Assembly (NCBI GenBank): GCA_965208785.1 | Contig: OZ242356.1 | Span: forward strand, 2,562,929-2,626,928 | Length of the DNA: 64,000 nt | Source of the DNA: Acidimicrobiales bacterium | GTDB lineage: Bacteria > Actinomycetota > Acidimicrobiia > Acidimicrobiales > Bin134 | Direction of reading: 5' to 3' | Part shown: piece by piece, positions 25,249 to 33,049 of the stretch | How positions within the stretch are numbered: position 1 is the stretch's first letter | Layout: every line of letters begins with the position of its first letter | Program-made: the position numbers and the translations under genes | The notes under the pieces: model-generated | What the model was told of the DNA's origin: nothing | The model's input: only the letters and a program-made list of their open reading frames with translations | Database searches by the model: none

Positions 25249-25995
25249 GTGGTCTCCAATGGGATGGCACAGGGGAAAGGGGTGGCCGGGAGGACGGCCG
25301 CGGTCACCGGCGCAGCCCGGGGCATTGGCCGGGCGGTGGCCGAATGCCTGGTGGACGGCGGTGCTCGAGTGGCCCTGCTCGACATCCAGGCGCCGACCGA
25401 CGAAGCGGCCCTGAATCAGTCTGACGACACGATGTTCGTGTTGTGCGACGTGACCGATGAGCAGTCTGTCGGCCACGCGGTCCGGCAAATCGAAGCGGTG
25501 TGGGACGGGGTGGACATCCTGGTCAACAATGCGGGGATCTTCGCCATTGAACCGCTGGAGCAGACCACGCTGGAGGGCTGGAACCGCATGCTCGCGGTCA
25601 ACCTCACGGGGAGCTTCCTGTGCAGTCGACGAGTCTTGCCCGGGATGCGCGACCAGGGGTGGGGCCGGATCATCTCCATGGGGTCGAGCGCGGGCAAGAC
25701 AGGCGGGTCGAAGAACACCGCGGCTTACGGCGCGGCCAAGGCGGGTGTCATGGCACTGGCAAAAGCCATCGCCACCGAATATGCCCCGTGGGGGATCACG
25801 TCGAACGCGATGGCGCCGGCGCTCATAGAAACCGACATGGTGGCAGGAATAGCCGACCTGGCTGATGGCATTCCAGTGGGGCGCCTCGGCCAACCGGCCG
25901 ATGTCGCCCATGCCGTGCGGTTCCTGGCCAGTGAAGAGGCGGGCTACATCACCGGCGAGGTGATGGATGTCAACGGGGGGTTCCTGATCGACTGA
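25249..25995 (+). CDS. short-chain dehydrogenase/reductase (SDR)
   Basis: GTG 25249 with AAGGAG 8 nt upstream; the in-frame ATG 25264 is an alternative start. AAVTGAARGIGRA Rossmann motif and YGAAKAG catalytic region. Confidence 0.85.
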   Translation: MVSNGMAQGKGVAGRTAAVTGAARGIGRAVAECLVDGGARVALLDIQAPTDEAALNQSDDTMFVLCDVTDEQSVGHAVRQIEAVWDGVDILVNNAGIFAIEPLEQTTLEGWNRMLAVNLTGSFLCSRRVLPGMRDQGWGRIISMGSSAGKTGGSKNTAAYGAAKAGVMALAKAIATEYAPWGITSNAMAPALIETDMVAGIADLADGIPVGRLGQPADVAHAVRFLASEEAGYITGEVMDVNGGFLID

Positions 25996-26067
25996 CGCGC
26001 ATGACGCGGGGCGGGTTGGGCCAGACCTGCTGGCAACGCTTCCCGGTGGGCGATAGCTTGCCTGGCC

Positions 26068-26382
26068 ATGGAACGCGCCTGCTTCACCTTCGAGATCTAC
26101 CCCGACGCCGCCGACGAGTACAAGAAGCGCCACGACGAGATCTGGCCTGAGCTCGTTGAGGCCATTCAGGCGGCCGGGCTCAAGAACTACTCCCTATTCC
26201 GCCGGGGGACTCAGGTCATCGCCTATGTGGAATGCCACCCTGACGTGGAGACGGCGTTCGGCAAGATCGGTGAAACCGAGGTCAATGGACGCTGGGCGAC
26301 GTGGTTCGAGGATGTGATCGTCTCCCTGGCCGACGACGACGGCAACCTGTACTGGGCCGACGAGGTGTGGCACTTGGATTGA
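26068..26382 (+). CDS. rhaM: L-rhamnose mutarotase family protein
   Basis: 104 aa. YKKRHDEIWPEL...AGLKNYSLF...WHLD pattern typical of the RhaM/YiiL family. Confidence 0.75.
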   Translation: MERACFTFEIYPDAADEYKKRHDEIWPELVEAIQAAGLKNYSLFRRGTQVIAYVECHPDVETAFGKIGETEVNGRWATWFEDVIVSLADDDGNLYWADEVWHLD

Positions 26383-26409
26383 GGAGATGGCACGGCCTGC
26401 CTTGGCCGC

Positions 26410-27828
26410 TCAGTGCGTGACGGCGATCAGCTCCACGCAGGTGTCCACCAGGATCTGCTCGCTCTCAGGGGCGATCTGCTCGACGAGGCCATACGAGTGG
26501 TGGGCGTAGTCGCATTCGTAGCCCCCGTCGGGATATTCCACGGCAGTGGGCAAATAGGTGAGCACGCCGTTCGTGTAGCCCGCGAACAGCGTGGTGGCCG
26601 CAACAGAGCGCCGCTTGACCTCGATGGCCAATTCTGAGAATGCCTCGCCGGGCATGGTGGCAATGACCGTGTCTCCAATCCGCATGGCTTGCAGGAACGC
26701 CGGAACTTGTGACGCAGTGTCGCCGCGGCGTGTCTGCTCGATGGCGTCTTCAGCCCAGTTGAGGTGGTACTCGACGGGGTTGAGTGCCACCTGATCAGCG
26801 CCGGACGACCGAATCCGATCTACTTCTTTCTGGTAGCCGTCCCGTTCGGCCTCAAGTTGGGCCAGAGTGGGGAGAGGTTTGAGGGGAAGCTGCACGGTGC
26901 GACCGCAGGCGGCCAGCGTTTGCACCGGTTGGGGATCGGCGGCCACCTGACGGTGCAGCACGATAGGGGTGACCGAGCCGTAGTCGATGCGCTCGATGCG
27001 GAGCTCAGTGGGAGTGAGCTGCTCGAGGACATGCAGCACTTCCACCCCTAGCTTGCGGCCGAATGCCACTTCGGGACCGGTGTGGTCGAAGAATCCTTCG
27101 AGCGGGAGCACGTTTCCGCAGGCCCCTTGCAAGAACAGGCACGTCGCGCCGGTCACTTGTTCGACCAGGTCGCGCATTGGGCCGGGATAATCGGGGTTCA
27201 CCCCGGCATCCTCCGGGCCGACCACCACCGGGTGGCAGGCGTAGCTGACCAGCACGGCGAGCGTCGAGCCGTCCAAACGGTCGATGCGCAGCACTCCCAC
27301 GTCACGGTCCACTGCCTTGTCGGGGTTCCAACCCAAGATCACCCGCCCCTCGGCGTTCTTCTCCCGCCGGTTCACTGCCAGATCCAAGGTTCCGACCCCA
27401 CCGGCGACTCGGACCGGTTCAAGCTGGGCCGCGGCTTGGGTGGCGACTTCTTTGATCTGCCGAGGAAAGGAGTCTATGAAGGCCAGCTCATTGGCGGATC
27501 GCGCTCGCTGCTGCCCGCCGATTTTCACACCCTGGGAATCGGTCATCGGGCCGGCATGGGTGTGGCTCACCCCGATCATGACGTGATCGGGAGAAGTGTC
27601 AATAGCGGCACCGATCTCCGCCCGCAAGCGGTCGGCATGATGGGGGGTCAGGAAGGGCACATCGGCGGCCAATATGGCCACCCGGGTGGGGCCCAACTCC
27701 ACAACCAACGCGGTGGCCGTGAGCCGGCCTCGAATTTCCGAGGCCGGCTCGACTCGTCGGGAATAACCCACCACATCAATTGGAACCGATGGGGTGATGT
27801 CGACACGGGAGACCCCGGCACTAAGCAT
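26410..27828 (-). CDS. neutral/alkaline ceramidase-like amidohydrolase
   Basis: 472 aa. RVDITPSVPIDVVGYSRR N-terminus and GVSHTHAGP zinc-site-like motif resemble the neutral ceramidase N-terminal domain. Confidence 0.65.
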   Translation of the reverse strand: MLSAGVSRVDITPSVPIDVVGYSRRVEPASEIRGRLTATALVVELGPTRVAILAADVPFLTPHHADRLRAEIGAAIDTSPDHVMIGVSHTHAGPMTDSQGVKIGGQQRARSANELAFIDSFPRQIKEVATQAAAQLEPVRVAGGVGTLDLAVNRREKNAEGRVILGWNPDKAVDRDVGVLRIDRLDGSTLAVLVSYACHPVVVGPEDAGVNPDYPGPMRDLVEQVTGATCLFLQGACGNVLPLEGFFDHTGPEVAFGRKLGVEVLHVLEQLTPTELRIERIDYGSVTPIVLHRQVAADPQPVQTLAACGRTVQLPLKPLPTLAQLEAERDGYQKEVDRIRSSGADQVALNPVEYHLNWAEDAIEQTRRGDTASQVPAFLQAMRIGDTVIATMPGEAFSELAIEVKRRSVAATTLFAGYTNGVLTYLPTAVEYPDGGYECDYAHHSYGLVEQIAPESEQILVDTCVELIAVTH

Positions 27829-27841
27829 GGGGGCATTGTGC

Positions 27842-27855
27842 CAGAATCGTTTCCA
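27842..27855. promoter_or_regulatory. LacI-type operator candidate O6 (CAGAATCGTTTCCA)
   Basis: Divergent 56-bp gap between the ceramidase-like and isomerase-like genes. An extra TGGAAA half-site lies at 27862..27867. Confidence 0.5.
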
Positions 27856-27884
27856 GAGTGTTGGAAAGAGAGAGGCGGAAAGGG

Positions 27885-29285
27885 ATGACTCCCCTAAAGA
27901 TCGGCCAATTGTCTGCGTATTTCGGACTGTTCGATGAAGCTATGCCGGCCGGGTTCCGCCAAACGCGCCGAGACTATGCCGCCGCGGTTGGCGACATGCT
28001 GGCGGCGTACGGTGAAGTCGTTGCGCCCGGTCTGGTGGACAACCTGGACAGCGCCGCTGAAGCGAACGAAGCGTTCGTCAAAGAAGGGGTGGACGTTGTG
28101 GTCTTCGCTCCCACCATGGCGGCGCCCCCCGGATGGGCGGCGCGGGCATTGGATGGCTTGGATGTGCCGGTTGTCGTGCTAGGGGCCCAGGAGAGCGGGA
28201 CTGTGCCCGACGACTACGACACCGAGACGGCCACCGCTCGCAGTCTGCCGGTGGGGCTGGTCATGTTCACCAATGTGCTTGTCCGGCGACGGCGGTCGTT
28301 CACCGCTGTGGTAGGCGAGTTGGGGTCGCCGACGCTGACAGTCTCGCTGGGCCGGGCCATGAGGGCAGCAGCGGCCGTAGCCACCATTCGCGGCCGGCCC
28401 ATTGCCCAAGTTGGCGAGGCCATCGGGGGCTACGACGATGTCATGGCCTCTGAGCAGGAGCTGGCCTTGCTGGGAGTGCGAACGGTGTCGATCACGGCCG
28501 AGAAGCTGACTGAGGCGTTCCAGTCGGTCTCGCCAACCCGGGTGAAGGCGGTTGCCGACGAGGTCCGGGCGACCGCAGACGCCGACGCGGTTCCCCCCGA
28601 GGTCTTGGACAGGTCGTGCCAGCTGAGCGCGGCGCTGGAAGACCTGTGTGATGCCTATCGGGTTTGCGGTGGGACGGTGAACTGCCACGGGCCGGTGATG
28701 CGCTGGAACCCGGGAGTGGGAATCACCGCGTGTTTGGGCGTCACCCGGCTCAGCGAGCGGGGCATCCCGTTCTCCTGCACCGGCGATGTCCCCACGGCCA
28801 TTGCGCTCTCGCTATGCAAGTCGGTGGCCGGGGCCGCGTTGTACTGCGAGCTGTATCAGATGGACTTCGCCGGAGACTGGATCCTGGTGGCCAACGGCGG
28901 GGAGGGAGATCCAACCGGCCGCGCCCCGGGGTCGGCGATACGCTTGCTGCCCGAGGACCACTATTCGGGAGAGCATGGCCCCGGTACCGCCTCGGCTTTC
29001 GAGCTGGCTGAAGGCCCGTCCACCTTGGTGAGCCTGACTCCGGCCGCAGCCGCTGTGGGCGGCTGGCTCTTGGTCGTGGCCGAGGGCGAGATCATCGGCG
29101 CACGCCATCGCCGAATGGAGGGGCCAAACGGCATGTTCCGGTTTTCTGCCGCGCCAGTGGCTGAGGCTTATCAGGCCTGGTGCCAGGCAGGCGCTACCCA
29201 CCATGCGGTGCTGGTGCCCGGGGCTCGTCAAGATGATCTGGCGTGCGTTGCCGATCTGTTGGGAATTGAGCTGGCCGCGGTCTAG
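27885..29285 (+). CDS. L-arabinose/L-fucose isomerase-family protein (putative sugar isomerase), paralog 1
   Basis: ATG 27885 with GGAAAGGG upstream. 466 aa. Overall pattern (N-terminal Rossmann-like VVVFAPTMA..., central CHGP, GDVPTA, C-terminal HHAVLVPG) resembles the AraA/FucI superfamily. The assignment is tentative. Confidence 0.55.
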   Translation: MTPLKIGQLSAYFGLFDEAMPAGFRQTRRDYAAAVGDMLAAYGEVVAPGLVDNLDSAAEANEAFVKEGVDVVVFAPTMAAPPGWAARALDGLDVPVVVLGAQESGTVPDDYDTETATARSLPVGLVMFTNVLVRRRRSFTAVVGELGSPTLTVSLGRAMRAAAAVATIRGRPIAQVGEAIGGYDDVMASEQELALLGVRTVSITAEKLTEAFQSVSPTRVKAVADEVRATADADAVPPEVLDRSCQLSAALEDLCDAYRVCGGTVNCHGPVMRWNPGVGITACLGVTRLSERGIPFSCTGDVPTAIALSLCKSVAGAALYCELYQMDFAGDWILVANGGEGDPTGRAPGSAIRLLPEDHYSGEHGPGTASAFELAEGPSTLVSLTPAAAAVGGWLLVVAEGEIIGARHRRMEGPNGMFRFSAAPVAEAYQAWCQAGATHHAVLVPGARQDDLACVADLLGIELAAV

Positions 29286-29308
29286 AAAGTGAAGGCGGAC
29301 TGGCCGGA

Positions 29309-30754
29309 TTACACCACGGTGCAGTCAACGTTTGCGAAATTGGCTACTGCGGCCACTGCTGATGCCAAGTGCCCAGGGGAGATGGCACTGTGGTGGTTGA
29401 CCCCGGAAGCCGTCCACCGGGCCCATGCTTCGGCCACTGACCCGTTGGAGAAGCGGAACACGCCTCCGACGGTGGGGTTGGCGGGCAGTTCTCGGCCGGT
29501 GATCTCCCCTTCGGCCACGACGAAGCCGAACCCTGACGGATGTTCCGGTTGGGGGGCGAACCCGACCAGCGATGCCGGCCCAGTCGGCAATTCGAAATGG
29601 GCCCGATACCCGGTGCGCTGATCGGCGTCATACCAGGGGTTGGGTCCCAGCTTCGGCACTCGGCCATCCGAGCACCAGTCCAGGTCATGCTCCCCTGAGT
29701 TGGCCACCGCCACCTCACCGGTCTTGAAGTCGATGGCCTCGATTTCGTGGTAGAGGGCCGCACCGGAAAGCTGCTTGGCCACCAGCATGGCCACTGCGGT
29801 GAGCACATCCCCGGTACACGTCCAAGGCACTCCCCGAGTGGTTTCGCAGCCCAGCCCGAAACAAGGTGTCAGTCCGGGGTCGGGTCCGAAGCGGATCTCC
29901 GGAACATGGCAGTTCATTGCTCCGGCGGCGAAATCGCCCTCTCGGTCCAGGGCCTCGAGTGCGGCCGCCAGACGAAGGGACCTGTCGAGGTCGTCCTCCG
30001 GTCCCGGTTCTATCTCAAATGAGCCGACCACCCGTTGGCGCCAAGAGGCGGCCTGGGCGTCGTCGACCGCGGCGTAGTGCCGCAGCACATCGTGTGGGGT
30101 CAGGGCTACGACTTCTATCCCCAGAGACCGCCCCAGTTCTTCGTCGTCGGCGTCGACGCATCCGTAGCCATCCAGGGGGCGGCCGACCCGAGCCAATCGA
30201 GCTCGGCGCAAGCGAGTCGCCACGGCTGCGGCTCGAAGCCGGTCGGCCACCTCGGCTGCGCCCCGCTCGCTCCCTTCGGGGGAGACCACCAGCTCGAAAG
30301 CTCGCCGGGTCCGGTGGAGCATGTTGGTGATCATCGGAGTGCCCACGGTCGCCCCCAGAGACGTGACATGACCAGCATTGAAGTCAGCAGGGATGACCGC
30401 CGACCTCTGCACCGCCCAGATGACGACCGGCCGAGGGAGATGATCGAGGAGGCCTAATGCATGAGAGGGAGGCACTGCCATCGACTGAACTACCAATACA
30501 GCTTCGGGGCCGCGGGCCGCGGCCTCTTCAGCGCCGCGGACGCCCTGTTCGGGACCGTCGACCAGTCCCTGCCAAACGACATCGATGTTCCGTTCTCCAA
30601 GGAGGTCACCCACAGACCGCAGCAGATTCTCGCGGTCACTTCGAAAATCTGGCCCGACGCTCGATTCCCAAAAATCCCAATAGGGAACGACGACTGCGGC
30701 TCTCGGCGCGGCCTTCTGGTGGTAGCCAGGCTCGCCATCGATCGGTATAGTCAT
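29309..30754 (-). CDS. L-arabinose/L-fucose isomerase-family protein, paralog 2
   Basis: ATG 30754 (MTIPIDG...). 481 aa. Colinear with 27885..29285 (MNCHVPE.., CTGDVLTAVAML, NHHSAISPGH). Confidence 0.55.
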   Translation of the reverse strand: MTIPIDGEPGYHQKAAPRAAVVVPYWDFWESSVGPDFRSDRENLLRSVGDLLGERNIDVVWQGLVDGPEQGVRGAEEAAARGPEAVLVVQSMAVPPSHALGLLDHLPRPVVIWAVQRSAVIPADFNAGHVTSLGATVGTPMITNMLHRTRRAFELVVSPEGSERGAAEVADRLRAAAVATRLRRARLARVGRPLDGYGCVDADDEELGRSLGIEVVALTPHDVLRHYAAVDDAQAASWRQRVVGSFEIEPGPEDDLDRSLRLAAALEALDREGDFAAGAMNCHVPEIRFGPDPGLTPCFGLGCETTRGVPWTCTGDVLTAVAMLVAKQLSGAALYHEIEAIDFKTGEVAVANSGEHDLDWCSDGRVPKLGPNPWYDADQRTGYRAHFELPTGPASLVGFAPQPEHPSGFGFVVAEGEITGRELPANPTVGGVFRFSNGSVAEAWARWTASGVNHHSAISPGHLASAVAAVANFANVDCTVV

Positions 30755-30757
30755 TGC

Positions 30758-30771
30758 TGGAAACGTTACCA
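30758..30771. promoter_or_regulatory. LacI-type operator candidate O7 (TGGAAACGTTACCA)
   Basis: Fills most of the 35-bp divergent gap between isomerase-like paralog 2 and Cys-rich paralog B. Confidence 0.6.
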
Positions 30772-30789
30772 AGGAGAAGGAAACGGCAG

Positions 30790-31908
30790 ATGTCAGAGAC
30801 CAGGATCGAATTCTCCGAAGTGCTGGGGCGACGGGTGCGCCTGGGGCCCTGGGAAGATCAGAAGATCTCGACTTATCGAAAGATAATAGAGAGCATTGAC
30901 CAAGGGGATTGGGAGACAGCGGCCGATCTTGCCGACTACTTCACCGACGAGGCCAACGTCTGCTTCACCCTCTACCGCCAATGGATCAATGATTTGCGCG
31001 GGTTTCTGCGGGATAGCGGTGCATCCGCTGAAGAGGTGGCATCCATTGATGCCGATGTTCAATCCAAGCTCACCTGCCCCGACGGACGGGAGTGGAATGC
31101 CCACCGCCATTGGGACCAGTACCGAGATGAACAGCGCCGACTCTTGGCCACCATCTACCGGGAAGATGCCGAGCAGGCCCGAGAGCACCTGGCGACCATG
31201 AAGGAGACCTGGCGCCAGACCCACGACCGTGATGTGGATCACACATATGGGCTCATGTCAGCCATTCAGGCCCGCCACGGAGCCCAGGGCATCGCCGATA
31301 TGTACCAACGGGTGCTCGTGCCGCTCTTCTCGTGGCGGTACAACAAGTTCGATATCGACCAGCATCCGTGGGACGAGGCGTTGGAGACGCTGATGCTGGT
31401 GGCCTGCGAAGCCATGAGAGGCCATTTGGTCGGACCGGAGCGCACCGGTGACTTTGAACTGATCGAGGCCGATGACCGCTTCATCCTGCGGTTCGATCCC
31501 TGCGGGTCGGGTCAGCGGATTGTCCGCGGCGACTGGATCGAAGACACCCCGGCCCGGATAGAGCCCCCCTACAACTGGGAGGTGGCAAAAGAGGAGGCAT
31601 CTTGGAACCACTTCACAAAGGGGGTCTGCCTCTATTGCGCCCACTGCATTGTGCTGATGGAAGAACTGCCCATCGACCGCTTCGGCTATCCGGTGCGAGT
31701 GATCGACCCGCCGGTGTACCCCGACACCGACCCTGACCCTGAGGTGCGTCAGAAGTGTCAATGGCAGATGTTCAAGGATCCCACCACCGTTCCTGAGGAG
31801 TATTACCTTCGGGTGGGCCGGAAAAAGCCCAAAGTATTCGGGTCGAGCAACTTTGATGCCCCCGAACTGCCCGACGCCGGAGCACTCGGGCTCCCTGGCA
31901 CAGGCTGA
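30790..31908 (+). CDS. conserved cysteine-rich protein of unknown function (paralog B)
   Basis: ATG 30790 preceded by AAGGAGAAGGA. 372 aa. GDWETAA, HLVGPERTGD, FDPCGSG, GVCLYCAHC and QKCQW are colinear with 7940..9055. Confidence 0.8.
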   Translation: MSETRIEFSEVLGRRVRLGPWEDQKISTYRKIIESIDQGDWETAADLADYFTDEANVCFTLYRQWINDLRGFLRDSGASAEEVASIDADVQSKLTCPDGREWNAHRHWDQYRDEQRRLLATIYREDAEQAREHLATMKETWRQTHDRDVDHTYGLMSAIQARHGAQGIADMYQRVLVPLFSWRYNKFDIDQHPWDEALETLMLVACEAMRGHLVGPERTGDFELIEADDRFILRFDPCGSGQRIVRGDWIEDTPARIEPPYNWEVAKEEASWNHFTKGVCLYCAHCIVLMEELPIDRFGYPVRVIDPPVYPDTDPDPEVRQKCQWQMFKDPTTVPEEYYLRVGRKKPKVFGSSNFDAPELPDAGALGLPGTG

Positions 31909-31914
31909 CCTTCC

Positions 31915-32937
31915 ATGAAGGCAGCAGTGCTTCGCGGCTATGGAGAACCCCTGGAGCTGGTCGAGCGCGAGCCGCTAATGCCCGGCACCGGCCAAGTGGT
32001 GGTTGAGGTCAAGGCCTGCGGCGTCTGCGGCAGCGACGTGTTCCTTCGCAAGGGAGGGTTCGACTCGGTGCTGCCGATTGTGCCCGGTCACGAGGCATCC
32101 GGCGTGGTGGCTCGTGTCGGCCCCGACGTGGAAGGTCTACGGGTTGGCGATCCGGTAGCCGCCTACTACATCGAGCACTGCGGGCAATGCCCCCTGTGCG
32201 TTCAGGGGCGGGTGAACATGTGCTTGTCTGTGCGGCGCATGGGGGTGGAGTTCGACGGGGCCTTTGCCGGCGAAGTGCTGATTCCGGCGCGCAACGCCAT
32301 AGCAGTAGAGCCGGGCGACGATCTTGCCGCGGTGGCGGTGCTGACCGACGCGGTTGCCACTCCGTACCACGCCCTGGTCCGCGTGGCCGGAGTTGAGCCG
32401 GGGATGACGGTTGTCGTGCTGGGGGTGGGGGGAATCGGCTCAAACGCGGTGCAGTTGGCTGCTCACCTTGGCTGCGAAGTGATCGCGGTGAGCCGCTCGC
32501 CGGCCAAGCTGGACCTCGCGGAGCAACTCGGGGCTCGGGCCGTGGTTTCGGCCGCGGATGGCGAGGGCAGGATGCTCGACGGAATCAGACAGGCTTGCAG
32601 CCCAGCCGGGCCCCAGGTTGTGGTCCAGACGGTGGGATCAGCGGATGTGGACTCCCAGGCGCTAGAAGCGGTGGGCATCGGGGGCAAGGTATTGCTCATC
32701 GGGGCCAGCATGGAGCCGTTCTCCGTTCGGGCGGTGGATCTCATCTGGAAGGAGGCGTCCGTCCACGGTTCGCGGGGTTTCGTGCCCGATGATATTCGCG
32801 AGGTTTTGGATCTCTACCGACACGGTGCGGTACGCGTCGACCACTTGTTGCGCAGGCAGCGACCGCTTGAGGAGGCAAACCAGGCCCTCGACGAGCTTGA
32901 AGCCGGCCAAGTGCTCCGGTCGGTGTTGATCCCCTAG
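31915..32937 (+). CDS. zinc-dependent alcohol dehydrogenase (MDR family)
   Basis: 340 aa. CGVCGSD and GHEASGVV zinc motifs, GVGGIG NAD-binding motif. Confidence 0.9.
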   Translation: MKAAVLRGYGEPLELVEREPLMPGTGQVVVEVKACGVCGSDVFLRKGGFDSVLPIVPGHEASGVVARVGPDVEGLRVGDPVAAYYIEHCGQCPLCVQGRVNMCLSVRRMGVEFDGAFAGEVLIPARNAIAVEPGDDLAAVAVLTDAVATPYHALVRVAGVEPGMTVVVLGVGGIGSNAVQLAAHLGCEVIAVSRSPAKLDLAEQLGARAVVSAADGEGRMLDGIRQACSPAGPQVVVQTVGSADVDSQALEAVGIGGKVLLIGASMEPFSVRAVDLIWKEASVHGSRGFVPDDIREVLDLYRHGAVRVDHLLRRQRPLEEANQALDELEAGQVLRSVLIP

Positions 32938-32941
32938 TGGT

Positions 32942-33049
32942 GTGTCCCCGCGGTTGGAGCGGGTCGAGTACGAGTTCTGGCCGATGGGCATGGGGTTCAC
33001 CGGCGGCGATCTGGCCCGGGCTTTCTATCTGGAGCAGTATCCGCTCTAG
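32942..33049 (+). CDS. possible 35-aa small ORF or gene remnant (VSPRLERVEYEFWPMGMGFTGGDLARAFYLEQYPL)
   Basis: GTG start. Third-codon positions are almost all G/C, like real genes here. Fills the 108-bp convergent gap, and its TAG overlaps the TAG of the opposing ligase gene. Confidence 0.3.
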   Translation: MSPRLERVEYEFWPMGMGFTGGDLARAFYLEQYPL

